A DNA stretch of 64,000 bases. Origin: an uncultured virus (IMG/VR IMGVR_UViG_3300044619_001509). Taxonomy: Duplodnaviria; Heunggongvirae; Uroviricota; Caudoviricetes. The stretch lies in the IMG/VR virus record IMGVR_UViG_3300044619_001509; one strand, given 5' to 3'. Shown here in pieces: positions 8,759 through 16,847 of the stretch. The position numbers were made by a program, and so were the translations under genes. The notes below the pieces were generated by a model that saw only the letters and a list, made by a program, of their open reading frames with translations, was not told the DNA's origin and ran no database searches. Position 1 is the first letter of the stretch. Each line of letters opens with the position of its first letter.

Positions 8759-8821
8759 CTCTTGTGGTGACTGGCCAATCGGATATAATCAGGATAGGTG
8801 GATTTGCGGCGCTGTCGAAGC
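8759..8821 (+). repeat. Promoter-core repeat, copy 9 (core forward)
   Basis: TTGTGG(8762)-16-TATAAT-CAGGATAGG...GCGCTGTCGAAGC. Confidence 0.9.
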
Positions 8822-8899
8822 CGACAAAAATGACAAGACCCCCGTACTACTCTTCGGGGGGTCTTGTCAGAGATTCGGTCGCCACCACTTGCGACCGAC

Positions 8900-9142
8900 C
8901 TACAGGAGTTCTTCAACGGTGGAGTCGAGAGCCGACCAGTCGATGTCGGCGTCAGCCAGAGACACATCATCAGGCGTGCGGCCAGTAGGAAAGATGTCCT
9001 TGGCGATGGCCTTCGCGTCCCAGCCCTTTCGGGCGAGGTATCGCGCCTGCTTGTACATGCCTTCGTCGTTCGAGATCCACAGGGCGATGTTCCAAGTGGC
9101 GTAGTTCGCCCATCCGTTGTACTGTTGAGTGGTGTCGCTCAT
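8900..9142 (-). CDS. Conserved phage protein (YNGWANYATWNIALWISNDEG family)
   Basis: Recognisable motif of aquatic phage hypothetical proteins; leaderless promoter. Confidence 0.8.
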   Translation of the reverse strand: MSDTTQQYNGWANYATWNIALWISNDEGMYKQARYLARKGWDAKAIAKDIFPTGRTPDDVSLADADIDWSALDSTVEELL

Positions 9143-9211
9143 GGAATGATTATAGCACGACCGCCCCATACATCAAGCACTTCCGCAAAAGATTTATTTC
9201 TTTGAAATGTA

Positions 9212-9269
9212 CGCTTGATGCCACTGGCCAATGTGGTATCATAAGGATAGGCCACCGCCGCGACAGCGC
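9212..9269 (+). repeat. Promoter-core repeat, copy 10 (core inverted)
   Basis: TTGATG(9215)-16-TATCAT-AAGGATAGG...GCCGCGACAGCGC. Confidence 0.9.
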
Positions 9270-9344
9270 CCTCCGATAACAAACGAGAACACCCCGCGTC
9301 CTGCGCGGGGTGGGTTTGGTGTGCGTGTTGGGTTCGGGGGTGAT

Positions 9345-9722
9345 TCAGAAACCGCTGCTCCACCCGATCATTCGGGTGAACTTCCCGCGTCCACCGAAGC
9401 GGCGCTGGAGGAACTTGCGGAGCGCGTTCCCCATCTGCGCGTCACACTTGAAGGTGACGGACGCGCTCCCCCCGTGAGCGAGGATGTCCGTACCGTCACA
9501 CCAACCCGAAGCGAAGAGCGCGTTGCTGTACTTCGCGGGGAGCGCATCCGCGAGACGCTTCAACTTATCCGCACCCGCGTTCGACGCGGTGAAGCGGTAG
9601 AAGTGCGCGGGACGGACGAAGGTGGGAGCGGTGTAGTTCGACGGGATGGGGAGCAGCATCTGCATGGTGGAATCTCCTGAGAAGAACCCAACACCCGCAA
9701 CGAGCGGGAAGGTGTTCTTCAT
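9345..9722 (-). CDS. Hypothetical early protein
   Basis: ORF with leaderless promoter. Confidence 0.75.
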   Translation of the reverse strand: MKNTFPLVAGVGFFSGDSTMQMLLPIPSNYTAPTFVRPAHFYRFTASNAGADKLKRLADALPAKYSNALFASGWCDGTDILAHGGSASVTFKCDAQMGNALRKFLQRRFGGRGKFTRMIGWSSGF

Positions 9723-9804
9723 GTACGAAGTATACCATACCCGTCTGTCACATCAATACCCTTGACGAAGAAAAGAAAATTTCTATTCTGGTCGGATTTC
9801 CTAT

Positions 9805-9851
9805 TCTCGCCAAAGGCCAGTCTGTTATAATAAAGATAGGCGGCGACAGCG
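9805..9851 (+). repeat. Promoter-core repeat, copy 11 (degenerate, core inverted)
   Basis: GGCCAGTCTGT-TATAAT-AAAGATAGG-CGGCGACAGCG; -35 box lost. Confidence 0.7.
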
Positions 9852-9959
9852 TTAATGTAAACCAATCAATATGTCAATGAAAGTTCTTTCAAAGAACTGT
9901 CAAGAATACACGCAAGTCTTAAATGTGAAAATAACAGTGCCAAATGAAAAAAATCTCTG

Positions 9960-10145
9960 GGGGCCCCACGAAACTAGACCCCACCCCCCTTTTTCTTTAA
10001 GTTTTTCTCTATGGGACTCCAAGATCATTCCAAGATCATTTTATGGGACTCCAAGTTTTCCCTCCAAGTTTTTTTCTAGAAATTTTAAGCCCCACCCCCC
10101 TTTTTCTGGCACGATTTCCTATGGGTTCCCCCCCTCCCTCTTTCT
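9960..10145. repeat. Non-coding junction with short direct repeats
   Basis: CCCCACCCCCCTTTTTCT x2, TATGGGACTCCAAG x2, CCAAGATCATT x2. Confidence 0.75.
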
Positions 10146-10186
10146 CTTGGTTGACACCCCCGAGAGATTCTGGTATACTGGCACAC

Positions 10187-10483
10187 ATGACTAACAATAA
10201 AGCCATTTACGAAGATGACATTCATGAATTAGACTCCTATAAATTCATCATTGTCAAAATTAACAAAAATAGTGAGCGGGCTTTTATACCGCTACTCTAC
10301 AATGCTTTGCCCAATAGAGTGAAAGTGTTTTCTTCCATTGAAGAAGCGAAGAAAACCATTGAAGGGGCTGCAATCGCTCTTGGTATTGACATTGAATGGA
10401 ATACTGAGTGTGATTCTTACATTTGTGAAACAACAGATTTAGTTGATGGAATTAAAATTGAGATTTGGAGGATCTGGATCTGA
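10187..10483 (+). CDS. Hypothetical protein (MTNNKAIY)
   Basis: TTGACA-17-TATACT promoter ends 7 nt before the ATG. Confidence 0.75.
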   Translation: MTNNKAIYEDDIHELDSYKFIIVKINKNSERAFIPLLYNALPNRVKVFSSIEEAKKTIEGAAIALGIDIEWNTECDSYICETTDLVDGIKIEIWRIWI

Positions 10484-10529
10484 TATGGAAACCCATAAAT
10501 CTCGTGGCTAAACAAAAAGGAAACAACCA

Positions 10530-10892
10530 ATGAGAATTAAGATTTTTTCTAGTTTTGAGGAATATAGCCGTCAATACAACTGGCATTTGTGGTATGCATG
10601 GCATCCCATTTTGATAGATGGTACTATTGTGTGGATGGAAAAAGTTTACCGCAAACGGTTAGCAACTACCACTAGACGGTGGTGTTATAAAATCGATGAA
10701 TACGACTCCAATGGAAATCTGATCCATTCCAAGGATAGTGATGGATTTGAGACTTGGCATGAATATGATGCCAATGGCAATCTGATCCATTACAAGAGCA
10801 GTGGTGGAGTTGAGTCTTGGTACGATTCATTCGGGAAGAAGATTGACAAGCTACAGTCAACTGGGGTAAAATACCACAATGACCAACACTAA
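10530..10892 (+). CDS. YD-like repeat protein with an N-terminal WxxWYAWHP domain
   Basis: EYDSNGNLIH...GFETW repeats. Confidence 0.8.
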   Translation: MRIKIFSSFEEYSRQYNWHLWYAWHPILIDGTIVWMEKVYRKRLATTTRRWCYKIDEYDSNGNLIHSKDSDGFETWHEYDANGNLIHYKSSGGVESWYDSFGKKIDKLQSTGVKYHNDQH

Positions 10893-11076
10893 CCCCATTT
10901 ACGAATACGATGCCAATGGCAATCAGATCCATTACAAGAGCATTGGTGGATTTGAGCGTTGGTGTGAATATGATGCCGATGGCAACTGTATCCATTACAA
11001 GGACAGTAAAGGAATTGAGAATTGGTTCGATTCTGAGGGAAATGTGATTGATAAGCCACAGTCAACTGGGGTATAA
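10879..11076 (+). CDS. YD-like repeat protein
   Basis: EYDANGNxIHYK repeats. Confidence 0.8.
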   Translation: MTNTNPIYEYDANGNQIHYKSIGGFERWCEYDADGNCIHYKDSKGIENWFDSEGNVIDKPQSTGV

Positions 11077-11083
11077 TAGCACA

Positions 11084-11407
11084 ATGAGCGACATCGAACC
11101 TATTAGTGAATATGACTCCAATGGCAATCTGATCTATTTAAAGCACAGTGATGGATATGAGTCATGGCGGGAATACGACTCAAATAACAATGAGATCCAT
11201 TTCAAGAATAGTGATGGATTTGAGTATTGGCAAGAATACGACTCCAATAATAATATAATCCATTACAAGCAGAGGAGTGATGAATATGAGTCTTGGCGTG
11301 AATACGACTCCAATAATAATGAAATCCATTACAAGAATAGTGATGGAGTTGAGGAATGGTACGACTCCCATGGCAATATGATTGACAATCCCACAAAGGA
11401 AGGGTAA
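11084..11407 (+). CDS. YD-like repeat protein (MSDIEPISEY)
   Basis: Four ~22-aa EYDSNNNxIHYK repeats. Confidence 0.85.
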   Translation: MSDIEPISEYDSNGNLIYLKHSDGYESWREYDSNNNEIHFKNSDGFEYWQEYDSNNNIIHYKQRSDEYESWREYDSNNNEIHYKNSDGVEEWYDSHGNMIDNPTKEG

Positions 11408-11416
11408 AATACTATA

Positions 11417-11776
11417 ATGACTGACGAAATTAAACCAAATCAAATGACCAAGAACGAATTCATGGCAAGTTATGGACACTGTGATGTTTCTTTGGAACGG
11501 ATTGAGGCTGACTCGTATAAAGTAGGTACTGTAAGAAGTGTGACGAAAACCTACATTATTATGAGTGGATATCTTGGTATGAAAAAAGAATTTCAGATTT
11601 ATGTAAAATTTTGCACGGCGTATAACATCGGGGTTCTTAAAAAGGGTATTTCTCCTTCTCATGTTTACAAGGTTCATCAATTTGACGCTGAATACATGGC
11701 GGTGAAGTCTGTGGAAACTGGAAAGATTGTGAATGAATGTTCTATTCAATTTGATATTTCAAAGTATACCCAATGA
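11417..11776 (+). CDS. Hypothetical protein
   Basis: ORF with a leaderless promoter embedded in the end of the previous gene. Confidence 0.7.
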   Translation: MTDEIKPNQMTKNEFMASYGHCDVSLERIEADSYKVGTVRSVTKTYIIMSGYLGMKKEFQIYVKFCTAYNIGVLKKGISPSHVYKVHQFDAEYMAVKSVETGKIVNECSIQFDISKYTQ

Positions 11777-12033
11777 GCAACATTGAAATGATTAGTCATT
11801 ACGATCCTAACGGTAATTTGATCTATTTAAATAATAACGGTTACGAGGCTTGGTATGAGTACGATACTGGCGGTAGATGTATTCACGCCAGATATTCAAA
11901 CGAATTTGAGACTTGGTACAAGTACGATGAAAATGGCAATTATGTTTACTACGAAGATTCCGAAGGAGTCAAAGTGTGGTACGATTCAAAGGGGAATGTA
12001 ATTGACTCCGTGGGGGCAACCGAGGTACAATAG
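11773..12033 (+). CDS. YD-like repeat protein
   Basis: YDxNGN repeats. Confidence 0.8.
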   Translation: MSNIEMISHYDPNGNLIYLNNNGYEAWYEYDTGGRCIHARYSNEFETWYKYDENGNYVYYEDSEGVKVWYDSKGNVIDSVGATEVQ

Positions 12034-12303
12034 CAACATGAGTAACAGTGAACCTATTAGTGAATACGACTCCAATGGCAATCTGATTCATTTCAGGAAT
12101 AGTACTGGATTTGAGACTTGGCGTGAATACGATGCCAATAACAATATGATCTATGCCAAGAACAGTACTGGATATGAGACTTGGCGCGAATACGATGCCA
12201 ATAACAATATGATCCATTACAAGGACAGTACTGAATATGAGGCGTGGTACGATTCAAAGGGGAATGTAATTGACTCCGTGGGGGCAACCGAGGTACAATA
12301 GCA
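11976..12303 (+). repeat. Identical 60-bp direct repeat (11976-12035 and 12244-12303)
   Basis: GTGGTACGATTCAAAGGGGAATGTAATTGACTCCGTGGGGGCAACCGAGGTACAATAGCA occurs twice. Confidence 0.9.
12038..12301 (+). CDS. YD-like repeat protein (MSNSEPISEY)
   Basis: EYDANNNMI repeats. Confidence 0.85.
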   Translation: MSNSEPISEYDSNGNLIHFRNSTGFETWREYDANNNMIYAKNSTGYETWREYDANNNMIHYKDSTEYEAWYDSKGNVIDSVGATEVQ

Positions 12304-12305
12304 CC

Positions 12306-12662
12306 ATGAGCAACACAACAACACATTACATCGTTCACTATAAATTTAGTAATACTTATTTGAGTACACCTATTGGTGTTTGTGATCGTTATAATTTGGT
12401 TTCATCCGAAGCAGAAGCAACACAATTCAATGATCTTGATCATGCAAAAAGACATATTAAGATATATTCAGAAATGCATTTACTCTGTGAAACCTACTTT
12501 GAGATTTTTGAAGTTACTGTTCAACGCACCTATAAGCAAGTCATTACAAAGCAAATGGCATTGAAATGCTTGGAAATTTTGGCTTGGGGAGGCGCGTATT
12601 CAGATCAAAAGCAAATTGATGCCAGAACTATGTTGAACACTTTCATCGAACAAAAGGGCTAA
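12306..12662 (+). CDS. Hypothetical protein (MSNTTTHY)
   Basis: ATG 6 nt below TACAAT. Confidence 0.7.
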   Translation: MSNTTTHYIVHYKFSNTYLSTPIGVCDRYNLVSSEAEATQFNDLDHAKRHIKIYSEMHLLCETYFEIFEVTVQRTYKQVITKQMALKCLEILAWGGAYSDQKQIDARTMLNTFIEQKG

Positions 12663-12670
12663 TACACAAT

Positions 12671-12859
12671 ATGAACAACAAACTCACAAACAATTTCGAT
12701 CAGGATACGGATGTTTTTGCAAAACTTTTCTCAAACTTTTTTAAGTTTGCTACTGCAATCGCTATCATTGGATCAATTTTTTTAATGACTCTGTTCGTAG
12801 CATTTTTTTGCGTAAGTTACACTCTCATACAGTATCTCAATCAGTATCTCAATAAGTAA
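12671..12859 (+). CDS. Small membrane protein
   Basis: Single hydrophobic segment. Confidence 0.65.
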   Translation: MNNKLTNNFDQDTDVFAKLFSNFFKFATAIAIIGSIFLMTLFVAFFCVSYTLIQYLNQYLNK

Positions 12860-12871
12860 AAGGAGAACAAT

Positions 12872-13237
12872 ATGACCAACACAAAATTCTATCATTTCAG
12901 GCAGAATAATAGTGGCGGATCTTTTGTTTTTGACAAAAATCTTGCTAGAGATGTGATTATTGAAGCAGAAACCGCAGATGAAGCAAATGATCTTGCCGAA
13001 GGTCTTGGCATCTATTTCGATGGGTGTGACCGAGGATGGGATTGTCGCTGTTGCGGTGATCGTTGGAATACTGTGAGTGATTCCTCTTGGTATATCATTG
13101 ATGATATCATTGATTACATGACTAATGAAAAGGCGCCATGGGTAGTTCATCGTTTGAATGGCACTGTCATGTCGGGTGGAAACCACAGGGGCAATATGCG
13201 TTACGATCATAATGATCCAAGTACATATAAGTATTAA
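12872..13237 (+). CDS. Conserved phage protein (QNNSGG...DCxCCGDRW family)
   Basis: Recognisable motif; AGGAG RBS. Confidence 0.8.
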   Translation: MTNTKFYHFRQNNSGGSFVFDKNLARDVIIEAETADEANDLAEGLGIYFDGCDRGWDCRCCGDRWNTVSDSSWYIIDDIIDYMTNEKAPWVVHRLNGTVMSGGNHRGNMRYDHNDPSTYKY

Positions 13238-13238
13238 T

Positions 13239-13535
13239 ATGCAACACAATAATATCTGGAAATTTAAGATTGACTTGAATGAAGTACGAGACGATGGTAG
13301 TGTCTATCTTACTCTTCCCGAAAATGCATCGGTCTTGACTGTACAACATCAAGAAGGATCAGGACTGTGCCTGTGGGCATTAGTGGACGATTCTACTCAA
13401 AACACAGAACGCCGTAGATTTTTTATCTACCTAACGGGTATTTCCTTTCATATGGGAAATAAGAATCTAAAGTATATCAACACTTGTCAGTTGTCTAATG
13501 GAACTCTTGTTCTTCATATCTTTGAAGAACTGTAA
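13239..13535 (+). CDS. Conserved phage protein (IWKF...LP...VLTVQ.Q...CLWA.VD family)
   Basis: Recognisable motif; start reassigned. Confidence 0.75.
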   Translation: MQHNNIWKFKIDLNEVRDDGSVYLTLPENASVLTVQHQEGSGLCLWALVDDSTQNTERRRFFIYLTGISFHMGNKNLKYINTCQLSNGTLVLHIFEEL

Positions 13536-13547
13536 AAGGAAAATAAT

Positions 13548-13772
13548 ATGAGCAATGATTCGAATAAAATAAACATCAACTTCGGTTCGTCTCTTTTTCT
13601 TGTTTTGGGAACGATTCTCCTAATTCTTAAACTGGCAGAAGTCATTCAATGGTCGTGGTGGATCGTTCTGATTCCATTCTACCCTTTGTTCTTGGTTCTT
13701 TTCGTTCTTATCATTTATTTCTTTATAGGAATGCTTATTGGACTTATGGAATTTTTCGATAGAAAGAAATAA
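13548..13772 (+). CDS. Small membrane protein (LKLxxVIxWSWW family)
   Basis: Two TM segments, conserved motif. Confidence 0.75.
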   Translation: MSNDSNKININFGSSLFLVLGTILLILKLAEVIQWSWWIVLIPFYPLFLVLFVLIIYFFIGMLIGLMEFFDRKK

Positions 13773-14138
13773 ATGTCAAAGTGGACAGAAAACGACTTTA
13801 ATGAGTTGATGAAAAAAGCTATCATTACTAATCTTGTTTTTGATTTTCATATAGCACGAAAAAGAATAATCTTAGGGCCAAATAAAGACTTAATACTAAG
13901 CGTACAAGCATCAGCTACACATTATTCTACACCAAGGAATAATAATGGCAAATTTTATGAGACATGGGAGATTGGTTTTCCTTCAAAGAAGGAAGATCTT
14001 TTGATGACATTTATTTACGATGGAGATGAAAATCCGACTCAAACGGTATATTCTAATGTGCCGACCAGTGTACTGATTGAATTAATTGAAAAGTACGATG
14101 GTATTTGTTACATAGAAAATTGTGGTCTTGATCTCTAA
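13773..14138 (+). CDS. Conserved phage protein (SVQAS..HYSTPR)
   Basis: Recognisable motif. Confidence 0.75.
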   Translation: MSKWTENDFNELMKKAIITNLVFDFHIARKRIILGPNKDLILSVQASATHYSTPRNNNGKFYETWEIGFPSKKEDLLMTFIYDGDENPTQTVYSNVPTSVLIELIEKYDGICYIENCGLDL

Positions 14139-14175
14139 TTATAAAATACTTTACTTTTTATGACTTCATTAATAA

Positions 14176-14183
14176 TATAAATA
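14176..14183 (+). promoter_or_regulatory. T4-type late promoter TATAAATA
   Basis: Exact consensus; further exact copies at 15670, 16940, 17661(-), 29289, 49413, 54215 and 61176. Confidence 0.8.
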
Positions 14184-14191
14184 ATGAGGTC

Positions 14192-14437
14192 ATGAACAAA
14201 TATACACAAATAATTCAACACTTAATAGAACAAAAGCAATCCGTCAAAAATTGGCAAGCGGGAGTTCGTTCTTCGCAACTAGCAGGAATACCCGATACCA
14301 AAAGATTGGCGGATGCTGATTTTTCGGCGGGTTACCAATTAGGTATGGAAAAAGGTGAAAAAGCACTAGATCCATCAAACCGCGCCAAAAGAGTAAAGAG
14401 ACTTCAAGATTTAATGAGAAAAAACAAAGAACAATAA
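14192..14437 (+). CDS. Late protein, candidate internal head protein
   Basis: Follows a late promoter; N-terminal ...HLIE motif. Confidence 0.7.
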   Translation: MNKYTQIIQHLIEQKQSVKNWQAGVRSSQLAGIPDTKRLADADFSAGYQLGMEKGEKALDPSNRAKRVKRLQDLMRKNKEQ

Positions 14438-14449
14438 AGGAAACTTATC

Positions 14450-14767
14450 ATGCACAATAACAGACTCTACGAACAAGCACAGTATCATATGCAAAGAGCA
14501 AACCTTCTTGAGAACGAACTCTCAGAAGAAAAAGCAGTAAACGACGAATTGATCAATATCATCGAAGCTCTCTGCAACGAACTGGGATTCACTTTCGAAG
14601 AACTCTTGGAAGGTTCATATGAAACTTCAGAAGAACAAAGAGAAAAAAGAGAAAAATCTGACGATCCCACAAGAACTCGCGCAGGCAGAAGCGAAATGAA
14701 CAAAGAAGATGCTCGTAAGGCTCGCGCTAAAGCTATGGCAGAAAAGATGAAAAAGAAGAAAAAGTGA
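14450..14767 (+). CDS. Late charged protein, candidate head core/internal protein
   Basis: RBS; LYE/LLE motifs; basic tail. Confidence 0.7.
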   Translation: MHNNRLYEQAQYHMQRANLLENELSEEKAVNDELINIIEALCNELGFTFEELLEGSYETSEEQREKREKSDDPTRTRAGRSEMNKEDARKARAKAMAEKMKKKKK

Positions 14768-14928
14768 AGACCTTTCGAAATCTCATCGAAAGTATTCGAA
14801 AAAGTGGCAGCGGCTTTGTTGTGACAAATAAGGCAGGAACAAAGGTATTAGGTAAGCACGAAAGTTACAAAAAAGCCAAAGCACAACTGGCTGCAATAGA
14901 GATCAGCAAAGCAAAACAAGGTAATTGA
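14764..14928 (+). CDS. 54-aa protein MKTFRNLIE..., T4 IP capsid-targeting-like N-terminus (not in the ORF track)
   Basis: GTG overlaps the previous stop; resembles the T4 MKTYQEFIAE signal. Confidence 0.65.
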   Translation: MKTFRNLIESIRKSGSGFVVTNKAGTKVLGKHESYKKAKAQLAAIEISKAKQGN

Positions 14929-15213
14929 CATATCTTTAACATTTGGATGACTAGATACTCATCCTATGAAAAAGATACTATCAAAATTACATAAATATTA
15001 TTACTTAACTCTTGATATTCTTCAAAGAGAATTAGTATAAAACATATCCACCGCGCCTCTTGGAAACAACGCGCATTTTGGGTGGATTTTTTATTTGGCA
15101 CAAAAACTTGACGCACCGCAACCTTGCGGTATAATGGTCGCATGAGACACAACGGTTCGATGCTCGGTTGGGGTCGAACAGCAAAAGAAAAAACTGTTTT
15201 TAAAGGAGGTTAT

Positions 15214-15612
15214 ATGTCTTTTGCAAAGAGTAATCTGTTAGGATTTGGTGATGGGCAAATGTTTGCTGATCGTGGTTTTCCGAAGTTCAATATTCTTATG
15301 CATGAGAAGGGTGATGTGACGATTGTTCAGTTTGCCCTTGCTGGTTACAAGAAAGAAGATCTAAAGATTGAACTGGAAAATGGTGTTCTTCATCTGAGTG
15401 GTCAGAATTCAAATATGAACAAGGACAAAACGGAAAATCTTAAGTTCCGCGAAATCCATAAGGGAATTGCGTCTAGAGTATTTAGCCAGTCTTGGGTTCT
15501 TCCGAAGCACGGCAAGATTTGTGATTGTGAGTTCCGAGATGGTATTCTCACGATTTGTATTGTGGTTGAGGTTCCCGATGAACTGAAGCCAAAGACGATT
15601 CCGATCAACTAA
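15214..15612 (+). CDS. hsp20: Hsp20 small heat shock protein
   Basis: FPKFNI, ALAGYKKEDLKIE, HKGIASR.F, DGILTI, PDELKPKTIPI; GGAGG RBS. Confidence 0.92.
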   Translation: MSFAKSNLLGFGDGQMFADRGFPKFNILMHEKGDVTIVQFALAGYKKEDLKIELENGVLHLSGQNSNMNKDKTENLKFREIHKGIASRVFSQSWVLPKHGKICDCEFRDGILTICIVVEVPDELKPKTIPIN

Positions 15613-15635
15613 AGATCAAATTGGTAAATTTCTCA

Positions 15636-15670
15636 AAGAGGGTTGGTGTAAAACCAACCCTTTCTTTTTT
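15636..15670 (+). terminator. Intrinsic terminator
   Basis: AGGGTTGGT/ACCAACCCT stem followed by a T-run. Confidence 0.8.
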
Positions 15671-15698
15671 ATAAATATTTTATATTAAGGAACTTTTT

Positions 15699-16847
15699 AT
15701 GCAATTATCATTTACACAGTATCTAACCGAACAGTATGCAATGGATCGTTATCTTTCTTTTCTACTTGAAGCGAATCTTTCATTGGATGTTGTAAAACCC
15801 GATACAGCAAATTGGGGAAAGATTAAAGCAGGATTTGATAAAGTAAAGGATCCCAATCAAAGAAAAGCAATTGCTAAAGAAGCGCGCAAAAAAAGAAAAA
15901 CAAAACTTCTTGGGGCAGAGGGTAGCAACCCAAAAATTGCAAAAGAAAGTGAAAGTGTTCCTGAATATGCAACAAAAGGACTTTCTCTTTCACCGTCCGA
16001 TGAATCTGGAAGAATTAATACTTGTGCTTGTGCCACAGATGAATGTCGTGCAGCCTGTTTAAATAAAGCAGGACGCGGTGCAATGACGAGTGTTCAAAAA
16101 GCAAGATTAAATAAAACCGATCATATGATTGACAATCCTGATCATTTTATGGGTGGATTACATGATGAAATTGACGCACACGAAAAATCGGCGACCAAAA
16201 AAGGTAAAAAGGCTGCTGTTCGATTGAATGTTGTTTCTGATGTTCCTTATGAAGGACTTCATCCTGAGATTTTCCATCAGCATCCAAATGTTAAATTTTA
16301 TGATTACACAAAGATAGCAGGAAGAGTATTAAAACCCGATGGTTCAAAACGAGAACTTCCTTCGAATTACCATCTTACTCTATCTTCTACTGGTATTCAT
16401 AAACAAAGCAACTGGAAACATGTAAGACAACATTTAGATAATGGTGGGGTTTCGGCAATGGTATTTGCTGTTCCTGCCAGTCGTAAAGGTAAACAAGGAG
16501 GAGATCTTCCTACTCATGTTCACGACGAAAAAACAGGAAAGAGATATCGCGTAATTGATGGTGACATTCACGATCACCGACACTTGGATCATATCTATAA
16601 CGATGCTGCGCCTGGTGAAGGATTGATTGCGGGTTTGCGTATCAAGGGTGGAAAGAAAATGTTAGAAAAGGCAGGAGACTTTGCTGTTAAAGTTCCTGCT
16701 GGCCAATCTCATGTTTCTGTGCCAGATATTCACGATGAACCAAAGGCCAATAAAGAAGAACCTCCAAAGGCCAAACTAGGTGAATCGGTTAATGTTAAGT
16801 TCAAAAAGATGCTTTCTATGCAAAAATCTTGCAAGAAAAGGGCTTGA
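15699..16847 (+). CDS. GP88-family (radical-SAM-like) protein
   Basis: CACATDECRAAC cysteine cluster, VRLNVVSD, FYDYTK, NYHLTLS, DGD..D.R..D. Confidence 0.75.
   Translation: MQLSFTQYLTEQYAMDRYLSFLLEANLSLDVVKPDTANWGKIKAGFDKVKDPNQRKAIAKEARKKRKTKLLGAEGSNPKIAKESESVPEYATKGLSLSPSDESGRINTCACATDECRAACLNKAGRGAMTSVQKARLNKTDHMIDNPDHFMGGLHDEIDAHEKSATKKGKKAAVRLNVVSDVPYEGLHPEIFHQHPNVKFYDYTKIAGRVLKPDGSKRELPSNYHLTLSSTGIHKQSNWKHVRQHLDNGGVSAMVFAVPASRKGKQGGDLPTHVHDEKTGKRYRVIDGDIHDHRHLDHIYNDAAPGEGLIAGLRIKGGKKMLEKAGDFAVKVPAGQSHVSVPDIHDEPKANKEEPPKAKLGESVNVKFKKMLSMQKSCKKRA

Noticed and set aside
631..9680. Long plus-strand ORFs in the GC-rich island (e.g. 631..1275, 5348..5926, 8175..9104) and minus-strand 3995..4543 and 4068..4835
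   Set aside because: Shadow ORFs antisense to promoter-supported genes or crossing tRNA/repeat elements; their recurring MWYxKDR peptides are just translations of the repeat.
1268..9851. CRISPR array or integron attC array interpretation of the repeats
   Set aside because: The intervals are 0.45-1.9 kb and contain genes, the repeats are degenerate promoters, and there are no attC R/L boxes, cas operon or integrase in the window.
10530..12303. Diversity-generating retroelement TR/VR pair
   Set aside because: No reverse transcriptase in the window, and differences between repeats are not adenine-specific.
14966..15096. 24-aa ORF or two-hairpin late sRNA before the hsp20 promoter
   Set aside because: Could be just a 3' UTR plus terminator; the readings cannot be separated.
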